A DNA stretch of 64,000 bases from Dehalococcoidia bacterium (lineage in GTDB: Bacteria; Chloroflexota; Dehalococcoidia; Lucifugimonadales; UBA3495), in assembly GCA_965115955.1 (NCBI GenBank), contig OZ220473.1, forward strand, positions 2,662,410 through 2,726,409, given 5' to 3'. Below, piece by piece: positions 54,878 through 64,000 of this stretch. Position 1 is the first letter of the stretch. Every line of letters begins with the position of its first letter. The position numbers were made by a program, and so were the translations under genes. The notes under the pieces were generated by a model. That model saw only the letters and a list, made by a program, of their open reading frames with translations. It was not told the origin of the DNA and made no database searches.

Positions 54878-56905
54878 TTAGGCGACCCGCTTCCGGCGGT
54901 TGTTGAGGTAGTCCACCAGCACGAACTCGCTCAGGTTGGAGGCGCTGGTGTAGAAGGCGCGGCCCCGGTTTATCCGGGTCATGCGGTCCACGAAGTTGAC
55001 CAATTGGTAATTGTTCTCCAGCATGAAGGTGTTTATGAGAATATCTTCCTGCGTGCAACGGCGCACTTCCCGCAGGGTCTCCATCTCTGTGCGGTAGCTG
55101 GTCGGGTAGCTGAAGCAGGAGCGATCGCCCTCCAGGTGCGCCGTCGGCTCGCCATCGGTGATGACCAGAATCTGCCTCGTGCCGCCCTTTTCCCTGGACA
55201 GCAGCTTGCGGGAGAGCATCAGCGCGTGATGCAGGTTAGTTCCCGACATCCAGGCATTCCAGCTGCACGAAGCCAAGTCTTCCTCTTTGATCTCCCTGGC
55301 GTAGTCGGAGAACCCTACAATGTAGAGAGAGTCTCTGGGAAACTGGGAGCGAATCAAGGCCATCAGCGCAACGGTCACTTTCTTGGCGGCCTGCCAGTTG
55401 TTGAACAGGCCCATGGAACGGCTCTGGTCCAGCAGGACGACGGTAGCGGCTTTGGTCATGTGCTCCGTGCGGTGTATTTCAAAGTCTTGAGGGCTGAGGC
55501 GGACGGGCGTCTGTGTCCCGCCACGCAGCACGGCGTTCTTGACAGTGGTCTGCAAGTCTACAAGGAACGGGTCTCCAAACTCATAGGTTTTGGTCTCGCC
55601 CAGAAGATCGCCATTGACCCCGCGCGTGTCCATCAGGTGTCCGCCGATGCGATCTTTCTTGAGATGGGCGAAGACTTCCTTAAGCGCCTTCTGGCCGATT
55701 CTGCGGATGCCGCGGGCGGTGAGTTCGGCCTTGTCGCCGCCGGTCATGTAGCCCGCCTCCTCCAGCAGCTTGCGCAGGTTCTCCAACTCGTCCCGGATGC
55801 GGCGAGCGTCCTCTCCCAGCAATTCCGCCAGCTTATCGGGGTCAATCCCGGCAAGGTCGCCGGTGCGTATGGCCTCCTGCAGCGCCGCCTCCAGTTGGTC
55901 CAACTGCTGTAGATCGCGCATCATCTGCATCGCCTGGTCCATGGTCAGACTGTCGTCGCCGAGGAAGGGGTATTGCCGGCGCAGGTCTTCCATGGGCATG
56001 AGCTGCTCCATGAGACTGGCAAACTGGGCCATTTCCCCTCTGGTCGCGGGGTCGAGAGCCTGAGACAGAGCATCCTCCATATCCCGGCGGGCTTCGGGCG
56101 ACATACTTTCCAGCATCGACTGCATCTGCGCTAATTGCCGCTGCAGCATTTCCGTCAGGTCTTCGAAGCTCTGCGGCGGATTGGGGCCGAACATCGGCCC
56201 CCACTTATCCATGAAGCCATCGAAGTCCGGTTCGCGCCCCGACAGCTTATCGCGCATCATCTGATTCAGGTCGCGCATCATCTCACGGATGGCGGTCATG
56301 TCTTCGGGGGTCATGTTCTGAATTTGCTGATGCATCTGCCGGGAAATGTTCTGGGCCATCTGGCCCTTGAGCATGTCCAGCAGCTCCTGGAACTTACGCT
56401 GCGCTTCCGGGTCGATGAAGTCGTACTCCATCAGCTCCTTCAGTTGGCTTCCCGCGCCTTCGGGCAGGCTGTCCAGGCGGATCAGGTTTCTGTTGGCGCG
56501 CTGTTCCAGAAGGTTGAAAAGGGCTTGCCGCTGGGCGCGGTCATCTTCCATCGCTTCTTCGACCTGCTGGCGGGCATCGTCCAGGCGGTTCCGGATGCCG
56601 CGCCGCTCGGTGTCGATAACGTCTTGAAGGCGCTCTTTCAGGTCGTCCAGCACCGAGTCCATGTTGTGCTGCTGCATTTGCTGGCGGCGACGGTCTTTGA
56701 GCTGCTCCATGAGTTGACGCAGACCGGGCATCTGCTCTCCGTCGCGGTTCTGCATACCCTGCCGGAGCAGTTCCCGGAGGGCCTGCATGATGTCGCCGCT
56801 GTTGAGGACATCATCCGACAGCATGTCCATCAACTGATCGGCGTCGAGATCAAATATATTCTGGGTTCCGTCCCACCGGGAATAGCGGTAAGTGCGAAAC
56901 AGCAT
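54878..56905 (-). CDS. VWA-domain protein with long Gln/Met/Asp-rich helical N-region (MoxR-associated type)
   Basis: About 675 aa from ATG 56905 (MLFRTYRYSRWDGTQ). C-terminal vWA with MIDAS-like 'VVLLDQSRSM' and 'ILVITDGEPT'. Confidence 0.85.
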   Translation of the reverse strand: MLFRTYRYSRWDGTQNIFDLDADQLMDMLSDDVLNSGDIMQALRELLRQGMQNRDGEQMPGLRQLMEQLKDRRRQQMQQHNMDSVLDDLKERLQDVIDTERRGIRNRLDDARQQVEEAMEDDRAQRQALFNLLEQRANRNLIRLDSLPEGAGSQLKELMEYDFIDPEAQRKFQELLDMLKGQMAQNISRQMHQQIQNMTPEDMTAIREMMRDLNQMMRDKLSGREPDFDGFMDKWGPMFGPNPPQSFEDLTEMLQRQLAQMQSMLESMSPEARRDMEDALSQALDPATRGEMAQFASLMEQLMPMEDLRRQYPFLGDDSLTMDQAMQMMRDLQQLDQLEAALQEAIRTGDLAGIDPDKLAELLGEDARRIRDELENLRKLLEEAGYMTGGDKAELTARGIRRIGQKALKEVFAHLKKDRIGGHLMDTRGVNGDLLGETKTYEFGDPFLVDLQTTVKNAVLRGGTQTPVRLSPQDFEIHRTEHMTKAATVVLLDQSRSMGLFNNWQAAKKVTVALMALIRSQFPRDSLYIVGFSDYAREIKEEDLASCSWNAWMSGTNLHHALMLSRKLLSREKGGTRQILVITDGEPTAHLEGDRSCFSYPTSYRTEMETLREVRRCTQEDILINTFMLENNYQLVNFVDRMTRINRGRAFYTSASNLSEFVLVDYLNNRRKRVA

Positions 56906-57037
56906 TGCGCCTCCCATAGCAGCGGCAGAAACCGGCCGACAGGACGATGATACGCGCCAGGGCCTGGGTATGGCAAATCAGAGGCCTGGATCGTCCGGGA
57001 GCGTCCGGCTCGCCAGGATGGGCTCGAAAACGGTTTT

Positions 57038-57556
57038 CTAGATTACCTTCGCCCCAAGAATCTGCTGGCAGTGCGAAAGCGCCCAGAGGTGGGCTTCAGG
57101 GTCGGGGCTGGAAACACAGTCGGAATATACCTCCACTGCGTAGTCCCGATTGCGGGCATCGGAAACTGTGTGCATCACGCAGATGTTGGTGGCTACTCCG
57201 CAGACCAGCAGCTTTTCCGGCGCGAGCCGCTCCAGGCGTTCGGCCAGGCGGGTGTTGAAAAAACCGCTGTATCTCTTCTTGGGGATGAGATTTCCGTCGG
57301 TGACGTACCCGGCCAGTTCGGGAATCACATCGGTTTCCTCGGTGCCGATGACACAATGGACAGGGAAGACCTGGAACTCCAGGTCTTCGGGGTCGTGGTT
57401 GTCGGCAACGAACAGTATTTCCGACCCGGCCGCTTTTTCCCGGGAAATCAACTGCCGGACTTGAGGGATGATCCTTCGGGAATCGGCGTGATAGAGGTTG
57501 TGTCCAGGCTCCAGGAATCCTTTGAGCATATCCACTACCAGAACGGCGTTGCTCAT
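57038..57556 (-). CDS. isochorismatase-family cysteine hydrolase (nicotinamidase-like)
   Basis: 172 aa from ATG 57556. 'AVLVVDMLKGF' and catalytic Cys context 'LLVCGVATNICV'. Confidence 0.85.
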   Translation of the reverse strand: MSNAVLVVDMLKGFLEPGHNLYHADSRRIIPQVRQLISREKAAGSEILFVADNHDPEDLEFQVFPVHCVIGTEETDVIPELAGYVTDGNLIPKKRYSGFFNTRLAERLERLAPEKLLVCGVATNICVMHTVSDARNRDYAVEVYSDCVSSPDPEAHLWALSHCQQILGAKVI

Positions 57557-57627
57557 AACTCCCCCGCGCCATCGGGATATGGGGCGAGCAGGCCTTGCCG
57601 CCGCGCCTGTCTCGATGGCGGTTATGG

Positions 57628-58143
57628 TCACGGGTTTTCTGAATCGGGATCGAAAGGCCGACCGTCAACCAGCAGATCCTTGATGATCGCGCTTCCGTCG
57701 GTAGCGACTTTGACGACCACTTTAACATCCTGGGCTGTCTCGACGATGTAGCCGCTTCCCTCTGGAACGAAATAGGTATCGATGCCAAAGTCGGCATGTC
57801 CGGTGCGATCCACCCGGCCTTTTATGAACAGCTCCCCGTTGGCAGACTGCTCCGAAACAGAGTATCTTGCCGCTGTCCAGACATCGGGGCCTTCCTTCAG
57901 GAATACGTAGATAGTATTGCCAACCGACTGGTCCTGCATGAACTGCGGCAGTGAGGCGATTTCGTAGTCGAGTATTGCGTAATCGCCCTGCATCAGAGAG
58001 CGCGGGTCAACCGGAACCGTTTGCAGCACGACTTCGGTTCCGCTTCGGAGCGCGGTTTCTTTTACGGCGATGAATCCGAGCAGAAACAGCACCTGGCCGG
58101 CAACGACGATCCAGAAAGCTATGCGGCTCCAGCGATTCATCAC
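57628..58143 (-). CDS. GDYXXLXY-domain protein
   Basis: 171 aa. N-terminal TM helix and a literal 'GDYAILDY' motif. Overlaps the upstream gene by 4 nt. Confidence 0.85.
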   Translation of the reverse strand: MMNRWSRIAFWIVVAGQVLFLLGFIAVKETALRSGTEVVLQTVPVDPRSLMQGDYAILDYEIASLPQFMQDQSVGNTIYVFLKEGPDVWTAARYSVSEQSANGELFIKGRVDRTGHADFGIDTYFVPEGSGYIVETAQDVKVVVKVATDGSAIIKDLLVDGRPFDPDSENP

Positions 58144-59381
58144 CGGCCCTCCCCGCTTCGCATGGACTCCAGGAGCCGCCGTCGGCCCCGCTCCAGCAGG
58201 AACCCGCCGGCCAGTAATATGACCCCTGCCCCCGCAAACACCAGTGAGCGATCGAACAGAGTGGTTGAATATTCGAAATATCGGGAGATTATAAAGATCG
58301 CTATCAGCGCCAGCGCCAGGTTTACCCGGCTCTCCCGTTCCTGCAGATAGCCTGAGATCATCAACCCCAGGGCCGAGAGAGCGAACAAGGCGTTAAAAAT
58401 GATGGGATAAAGGGGATCCCAGTCGGACGGAAGCCACACCAGCAGGTGAGAGGCCGTCAGCAGCGCCAGGACGGTTGCGATTTCCAGGGGTTCAACCATC
58501 GATCTTGCCCCGAGGCTAATCCGCCGCCACTCCAGAGCCAGCAGCACCGCGACGCTGATGGCGGATGCTGCATAGGCCAGGCTCCAGTATTGGTAATTCG
58601 CTTCTCCGATTCGTCCTGCATTATTGATGAATTCGTGGAACGTAAGCGCGTAAAGCGCTCCGAATCCGACAATCAAGCCAACAGCCCGAAACAACCCGCC
58701 GGTTTCTTCCCATCCTGCGAGCAGTCCTTTGGCCTTTCCGATGGCATAAAGCAGCGCCGCCAGGGCAAGATACAACATGGCAGACAGCACGGCGGCATCC
58801 GCCTCGTCGTTAATGCTCTCCAGCCAGTAAGCCAGGCGGAAACCCGATGCCGCCAGGAACAGGATTATGGCCAGAAACATCATTGGGCGGGAGCGGGTCA
58901 CATAGGCCAGCGGCAAAACGCCAATAAACCAAAAGGCGGTAAGATTGGGGTGGTCAACGGGCATCTGGTAGATCTGGCCGATAAGGTGTACGCCCGCGCC
59001 GTAGATTATGCAGCCCAGCAAGACCAGAGCGATTCCAACGATATGGTAGCTCGTTCGCTGCCACAGGTAGAATCCGGCGCCATAGGACAGCAACACGCCG
59101 GCCACCAGCGCAGCCAGTTTGACATTGCGCGGGATTTCGTCCCAATTGGCCGCAAAGAAGGTGATGACCCCCAAACCGACAAGAACAGCCCCCAGGGTGG
59201 ATATGCCCGCCACCAGGGGCTGCCTGCGCCTGGCAGCCTCATGCCCAGGGGAAGTTTCGGGGTACCGGGTCAGGATTGCGCCAGCCTGCTCCGGAGTGAT
59301 CGTCCCTTCCCTCTCCCACGACTCGACCTCGCCTCGCAGTCTGGATACGAATCTCTGTTCGAAGTTATCGAAGGGATTCAT
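58140..59381 (-). CDS. DUF2157/DUF4401-like polytopic membrane protein
   Basis: 413 aa. Soluble N-terminus 'ESWEREGTITPEQAGAILTRY' followed by about 10 TM helices. This is the usual partner of GDYXXLXY proteins. Confidence 0.75.
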   Translation of the reverse strand: MNPFDNFEQRFVSRLRGEVESWEREGTITPEQAGAILTRYPETSPGHEAARRRQPLVAGISTLGAVLVGLGVITFFAANWDEIPRNVKLAALVAGVLLSYGAGFYLWQRTSYHIVGIALVLLGCIIYGAGVHLIGQIYQMPVDHPNLTAFWFIGVLPLAYVTRSRPMMFLAIILFLAASGFRLAYWLESINDEADAAVLSAMLYLALAALLYAIGKAKGLLAGWEETGGLFRAVGLIVGFGALYALTFHEFINNAGRIGEANYQYWSLAYAASAISVAVLLALEWRRISLGARSMVEPLEIATVLALLTASHLLVWLPSDWDPLYPIIFNALFALSALGLMISGYLQERESRVNLALALIAIFIISRYFEYSTTLFDRSLVFAGAGVILLAGGFLLERGRRRLLESMRSGEGR

Positions 59382-59516
59382 TGACTATTCATCCATAGCG
59401 CGGATAAAGCAGCGTTCCAGGCATCCTGGGGCGGTTCTTGACATCTCCGCTGAAGGGAACAAACCTTGGTCGGGGGATGACGTTCGGACGAGGTGCTTTG
59501 CCGCGGGTATGCGGCT

Positions 59517-60401
59517 TTAGCTGGCCGCCGCGGGTTCAGGGGCAGCAAAGCGGGCATCGTCGGTCAGCATCGCAGACAGCCCGACTGCTTCAAAGCAGTC
59601 TTGCAGGCTGTCCATGTTGTCGAGGAGGTGGGATGTTGTTCCCTGTTGTTTCAGCGCAGCCAGCGTCTCACGCACCGCTCGCATTGCCGACAGGAGGCCG
59701 CTCGCCGGATAAATGACAATCTTGAAGCCCATCCGCTCGAGCTCGGATGCCGGAAGCAGCGGGGATTTCCCGGTTTCGACGTAATTGTAGAGCAGGGGAA
59801 CGTTGAGCTCCCGGCCTGCCTGCTCAATCTGATCCGGAGTTCTCAGCGCCTCTACGAACAGCGCGTCCGCCCCGGCTTCCACATACTCTTTGCAGCGGCG
59901 CATGGCGTCGTCCCACCCCGTGACGGCGATAGCGTCGGTTCGGGCTATGATTGTGAAGTCGTGGTCGGTGCGGGCATCCACCGCCGCGTGGATTTTCTGC
60001 ACCATGTCCCTCGTGTCTATGACCTTTTTGTCGGCCAGGTGGCCGCAGCGCTTGGGAAACTCCTGGTCCTCCAGGTGCAGGGCGGCAACGCCGCTTCGCT
60101 CGTACTGTCGCACCGTGCGCCGCACGTTCAGGATGCCGCCGTAACCAGTGTCTGCGTCGGCAATCACCGGAATATCCACTGCCGAGGCAATCTGCCCGGC
60201 GTTGTCCAGCATTTCGGTCATAGTCGCCAGGGCAAGATCCGGGTACCCCAAGCGGGCTACGGAAGTTCCGGCGCCAGTCATGTACACCGCAGGAAATCCG
60301 GCGCTCTCGATGAGTTTAGCGGTCAGGCAATCGTAGGCTCCTGGGGCCATTATGATGCCCGGCTGCTCCAATAGTCTGCGAAACCTGGTAGTGGCTCGCA
60401 T
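59517..60401 (-). CDS. isocitrate lyase/PEP mutase family enzyme (methylisocitrate-lyase-like)
   Basis: Contains 'IADADTGYGG' and 'HLEDQEFPKRCGH'. ATG 60401 follows GGAGGG. The track ORF starts at 60413. Confidence 0.85.
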   Translation of the reverse strand: MRATTRFRRLLEQPGIIMAPGAYDCLTAKLIESAGFPAVYMTGAGTSVARLGYPDLALATMTEMLDNAGQIASAVDIPVIADADTGYGGILNVRRTVRQYERSGVAALHLEDQEFPKRCGHLADKKVIDTRDMVQKIHAAVDARTDHDFTIIARTDAIAVTGWDDAMRRCKEYVEAGADALFVEALRTPDQIEQAGRELNVPLLYNYVETGKSPLLPASELERMGFKIVIYPASGLLSAMRAVRETLAALKQQGTTSHLLDNMDSLQDCFEAVGLSAMLTDDARFAAPEPAAAS

Positions 60402-60447
60402 ATCGCCCTCCAAGATTTACCCTCGGACGCTCTGAATCGAGTTAGGA

Positions 60448-61212
60448 TTATGCAATCAGGCCGCCGTCCACGGTAAGCACCTGTCCGGTGAGATACCCGG
60501 CAGCCCTGCTGCTCAGGAACAGGATGGTCTCGGCCACGTCTTCGGAAGTTCCAAAGCGGCCCATGGGTATGCGCTCAAGTATCTGGCTGCGCTGCTCGTC
60601 GTTCAGGTCTTCCACCATGCCGGTGGCGATATATCCGGGGGCTACCGCGTTGACGGTAACGTTGCGGGAAGCGACTTCACGAGCTACGGACTTGGTGAAT
60701 CCAATCAGGCCTGCCTTGGCGGCGGCGTAGTTTGCCTGCCCGGGGTTTCCCGCAACTCCCACTACCGAGGACATGTTGATCACCCGGCCGTAGTGCTGGC
60801 GAATCAGGTGGGGCATGACAAAGCGGGTGCATAGGAAGGCGCCGCGAAGGTTGACCTGCAATACTTCGTCGAAATCGGCAGGCTTCATCCTGAGCAGCAG
60901 CCTGTCGCGGTGAATGCCGGCGTTGTTGACCAATATGTCAACGCGGCCGAATTGGTCTATAACGGCCTTGATGATCTGCTCGGCTTGCGACTCGTCGGAA
61001 ACGTCCCCCGCAGTCAGCATGGCGTCCCCGCCGGTAGCCGCAATAGAGTGCTGCACTTCGACGGCTGCGTCGATGCTGGCGTTATAGTTGAGCGCAACTC
61101 TGGCCCCGGCCTGAGCCAGCCGGCGGGCTATCGCCGCGCCGATTCCCCGGGAAGACCCGGTTACCAGCGCAACCTGCCCTTCGAGGCTTATCCCGGTGTT
61201 AGTCTCCGCCAT
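60448..61212 (-). CDS. fabG: 3-oxoacyl-ACP reductase
   Basis: 254 aa. Contains 'ALVTGSSRGIG', 'NNAG' and 'YAAAKAG'. Sits immediately downstream of plsX with a 14-nt overlap. Confidence 0.85.
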   Translation of the reverse strand: MAETNTGISLEGQVALVTGSSRGIGAAIARRLAQAGARVALNYNASIDAAVEVQHSIAATGGDAMLTAGDVSDESQAEQIIKAVIDQFGRVDILVNNAGIHRDRLLLRMKPADFDEVLQVNLRGAFLCTRFVMPHLIRQHYGRVINMSSVVGVAGNPGQANYAAAKAGLIGFTKSVAREVASRNVTVNAVAPGYIATGMVEDLNDEQRSQILERIPMGRFGTSEDVAETILFLSSRAAGYLTGQVLTVDGGLIA

Positions 61213-62275
61213 CGGCTGCCTTCCCTGCTCCGGAGCTGGCCAAAGGGCTGGCGTCGGGGTTGTTGATGATGGCCAACTCCTGGCGCATTATGTCCTGAAG
61301 CCCTACATTGACATAGCGAACGGCAGTGCGCACTGCGCCCGCAATTCCATTGGCGCGGCAGGAGCCATGCCCGAGAATCACCGGGCCGTTGACGCCAAAC
61401 AGCGGGCCGCCGCCCACGGTGCGGGGCCGGTTGGTGGTTTCCCACAGGTCGTCGGCCAGTCTCTCCACCACCGAGGCATCCACTGAATCCGCCAGCCGCT
61501 CCCGGACGAAGTCGCCCAGCGCTCCGCCCATTCCCTCGGTGAACTTGACCAGGATGTTGCCGACAAACCCGTCGCAGATGATGACGTCGGCCTTCCCAGT
61601 GAAGAAGTCCATACCCTCGACGTTGCCTACGAAGTTCAGATGGCTGTCCCGGAACAGTTGATAGCTGTCCTGAACCTGGCGGTTGCCCTTGGCTGCTTCG
61701 GCCCCGACGCTGAGCAGTCCAATCCGTGGATTTTCGATTCCCATGTAAGTGTGCGCGAACGCCGCGCCCAGCACGGCGAAGTTGAGCAGCAGCCCGGGGC
61801 GGCAATCGAGATTGCTGCCAATATCGACCAGAACGGTGTTGGGGGCAAGACCCAGAAACGGGCCGCCCAGACAGGGTCGTTCCAGCCCTTCCAGCAGCCC
61901 CAACGACAGGACTGCGCTGGCCATCGAGGCCCCGGTGGATCCCATGGAGACCATGACATCGGCCTGGCCTTCCTTGACCAGGCGGGTTGCTACAACCACG
62001 GAGGCGCGGGGCTTTTGGCGCATTGCCCGAAGGGGGTGCTCGTCATCGCCGATTCTGCCCTCGGATGGAACGACAGCGATGGGCAGTCCTGTTACATCGT
62101 GCCTGGACAGTTCGCGCTGCACTGCCTGGGGGTCGCCCACGAGGAGCAGCTCGGCGTTGACCGACTGCAGAGCCTTGATGGCGCCTTTGATTGTTTCTAC
62201 AGGGGCGTAGTCTCCCCCCATCGCGTCTATGGCGACCCGAACAGGGCGCCCGGCTCCCGTTCCATTGAGTGACAT
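61199..62275 (-). CDS. plsX: phosphate acyltransferase PlsX
   Basis: 'VRVAIDAMGGDYAP' and 'GFVGNI'. Start at ATG 62275 or 62290. Confidence 0.9.
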   Translation of the reverse strand: MSLNGTGAGRPVRVAIDAMGGDYAPVETIKGAIKALQSVNAELLLVGDPQAVQRELSRHDVTGLPIAVVPSEGRIGDDEHPLRAMRQKPRASVVVATRLVKEGQADVMVSMGSTGASMASAVLSLGLLEGLERPCLGGPFLGLAPNTVLVDIGSNLDCRPGLLLNFAVLGAAFAHTYMGIENPRIGLLSVGAEAAKGNRQVQDSYQLFRDSHLNFVGNVEGMDFFTGKADVIICDGFVGNILVKFTEGMGGALGDFVRERLADSVDASVVERLADDLWETTNRPRTVGGGPLFGVNGPVILGHGSCRANGIAGAVRTAVRYVNVGLQDIMRQELAIINNPDASPLASSGAGKAADGGD

Positions 62276-62318
62276 TGTGCGCCTCTTCATGCCGGACAGC
62301 CCGGTTGGGCAGGGCCGG

Positions 62319-63206
62319 TCATAGATTGGTTTTTACTGCCGCAGTCCCTGTGATCAGAGCCTCGCCGGTCTTGCTGTTCAGAAGACCGATGGTGTAGCTG
62401 GGCGAATATCCGCCGGGCTTGCCGGAGCGTCCCCAGGTCTCTACGGAGTCGCCTGCATAGGCGGCCCCCTTGAATCTGGCCCGCAGGGAGCCGCCGATGA
62501 GCCACAGCTCGCCCAGCGAGGCGGTCAACATCTCGGAAACAAAGGCAAGGGTCAGCATCCCGTGCGCTACGATGCCGCCGAACTGGGTCGCCGCAGCGAA
62601 CTCGGCGTCAAGATGCAGGGGATTGTCGTCTCCGGACACCGCTGAATATTCGGCCAGTTGCTGCTGTTTAATAATTCGGCGCACCGCAGCCATTTCACTG
62701 TCGCCGCCATGGCTGGAAGAATTCCGGGAACGGGCTGCAGGATCGTCGAGGGGCGCTGCTACAGCCTCGCTCGAGATCATCAGTGTGGTCCTGATTGACT
62801 GGGCCGTGTCCTCTTGCGGCGTGTTTATGTTAATTGCGAAAGTCAAAAACCGAAGACCGGCTCGCTCCCGCTGCCGCTCCATCCAGGCAAACGCGCGAAG
62901 GGAGCTTCCTGCGCGTATGGGGAGAAGGGTGTCGAATTCCTGGAGGCTGTGGATCGCTCCCGGGGGCAAGGGTGCCTGCTGCAATATCTGCCCCAGCGCC
63001 CAGGCAACGGGAAACAGAGGCGGGGCAAGGCCGGAATCGCGGTATATCGTCAGCCGGTCTCCCACCGCCTGGAGATAGGCCGATATTCGCGCATCGGAAA
63101 GATCGACCCAACCCAGGTCCAAAGGCTGAGACGGTGTGCCGAAACGCTGGCTATCCAGCAGCGCGGTTCCCTCCTCCAAGCTACCCCCATCCCTGGCCGG
63201 CTGCAT
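62319..63206 (-). CDS. MaoC-like (double hot-dog) dehydratase
   Basis: 295 aa. C-terminal 'SGDDNPLHLDAEFAAATQFGGIVAHGML'. Confidence 0.8.
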   Translation of the reverse strand: MQPARDGGSLEEGTALLDSQRFGTPSQPLDLGWVDLSDARISAYLQAVGDRLTIYRDSGLAPPLFPVAWALGQILQQAPLPPGAIHSLQEFDTLLPIRAGSSLRAFAWMERQRERAGLRFLTFAININTPQEDTAQSIRTTLMISSEAVAAPLDDPAARSRNSSSHGGDSEMAAVRRIIKQQQLAEYSAVSGDDNPLHLDAEFAAATQFGGIVAHGMLTLAFVSEMLTASLGELWLIGGSLRARFKGAAYAGDSVETWGRSGKPGGYSPSYTIGLLNSKTGEALITGTAAVKTNL

Positions 63207-63354
63207 GGGGATTTCATGCGGGCCGCCAGCTTCCCCTATGCCTCAATTCTCCTTCGTAGGGGCAGAATTATACATAACGCCTGTAATTGCGGGCAACAAA
63301 TACCAGGTCAAGCATGGAGCATTTTGCAATGTTATGCTTGCGGCCGCGTCAAAT

Positions 63355-64000
63355 TCAGGACGCAGAACCGCTCTCTCGCTCCTGAAGGCCGAAGGCTTCA
63401 GCCGCCAGCCCAACAACGTGATCGCCGATAGCCAGAGATGACGTGGCCCCAGGCGACGGAGCATTCAGCACGTGAACCGCCTCCCTTCCCTGGATTATGC
63501 TGAAGTCGTCCAGCAGCGTACCGTCGCCGGCAACGGCCTGGGCTCGAACCCCTGATCCCCCCGGAGCAAGGTCCTCTTCCCGGATTTCAGGGAGAAGGCG
63601 CTGCAAGTCCCGCAGAAAGATCCCCTTGCTATAGGAACGGCGCATTTCGCTCATCCCGGTGCGCCAGTGCCTTGATGTCATCTTCCAGAAGCCGCCGTAA
63701 GTCAGCGTGTCCAGCGTTTCGTCGAGGCGGAAGTCCCGCTTGCGGTAGCCCTCCCTGCTTAGAGCCAGCACTGCGTTTGGGCCGGCTTCAACGCTGCCCC
63801 GGATGTTGCGCGTGTAGTGAACGCCCAGGAAGGGGAAACGGGGGTCGGGAACAGGGTATATCAGCCCGGAGACCAGATGGCGGCTCTCGGCCCGCAGCGT
63901 GTAGTACTCGCCCCGGAAGGGAATGATGCGCACGCCTACCCTCTCCTCGATCATGTCTGCTACCCGGTCGGCGTACAATCCGGCGCAGTTGATGATGTGG
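63355..64000 (-). CDS. L-2-hydroxyglutarate oxidase-like FAD oxidoreductase, 5' end outside window
   Basis: The frame stays open to base 64000 (..HIINCAGLYADRVADM..). 'IIPFRGEY', 'FPFLGVH' and C-terminal 'VLNAPSPGATSSLAIG' match the LhgO pattern. Confidence 0.8.
   Translation of the reverse strand, partial: HIINCAGLYADRVADMIEERVGVRIIPFRGEYYTLRAESRHLVSGLIYPVPDPRFPFLGVHYTRNIRGSVEAGPNAVLALSREGYRKRDFRLDETLDTLTYGGFWKMTSRHWRTGMSEMRRSYSKGIFLRDLQRLLPEIREEDLAPGGSGVRAQAVAGDGTLLDDFSIIQGREAVHVLNAPSPGATSSLAIGDHVVGLAAEAFGLQERESGSAS

Noticed and set aside
54563-55912. 449-aa plus-strand ORF opposite the VWA gene
   Set aside because: Antisense shadow. It begins inside the pyr leader, has no recognisable motif, and the minus strand encodes a clear vWA domain.
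63310-63339. Nested inverted repeat AAGCAT...CATTTTGCAATG...ATGCTT upstream of the MaoC-plsX-fabG genes as a fatty-acid regulator operator
   Set aside because: Only 6+4 bp of symmetry, and no match to any operator consensus I can recall. Noted but not reportable as a site.

Overview
GC-rich (about 60% by eye) bacterial chromosomal segment. It is densely coding and has no rRNA, CRISPR array, transposase or integrase. All calls come from reading the supplied translations and the DNA directly; no database search was run.

Backbone content:
- Purine genes purB-purC-[DUF3105 gene]-purS.
- A BMP-type (nucleoside-like) ABC transporter with two tautomerase-like genes embedded in it.
- A minus-strand pyrimidine operon pyrR-pyrB-pyrC-carA-[orphan gene]-carB, preceded by a recognisable PyrR attenuator leader. 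pyrF lies elsewhere in the window.
- plsX-fabG with a MaoC dehydratase, one tRNA-Ala(UGC), and many catabolic enzymes: 4 SDRs, an LLM monooxygenase, a family III CoA-transferase, a GMC oxidoreductase, thiolase, GGT, agmatinase, an acyl-CoA synthetase and a PEP-mutase-family lyase.
- This enzyme mix resembles marine Chloroflexota (SAR202-like) genomes, but that is only a guess.

Most notable observations:
1. Two same-frame ORFs separated only by an in-frame TGA (31046-31048) probably form one selenoprotein with a U-G-S-C-S-A-C motif. It is paired with an uncharacterised 357-aa upstream gene.
2. A lower-GC two-gene cassette: a membrane-anchored protein built from six 33-bp tandem repeats (11-residue charged repeat), followed by a PD-(D/E)xK/DUF4268-like protein.
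3. A pentapeptide-repeat protein with a degenerate TIR-like C-terminus.
4. A roughly 2.9-kb gene-decay zone holding a frameshifted, nonsense-interrupted RACo-like corrinoid activase and a homocysteine-methyltransferase fragment.
5. An orphan lower-GC gene flanked by twin hairpins between carA and carB.
6. Several ORF-free stretches (1.2 kb, 0.8 kb, 0.43 kb, 0.41 kb).
7. A recurring pattern of short perfect tandem duplications at gene ends and in leaders.
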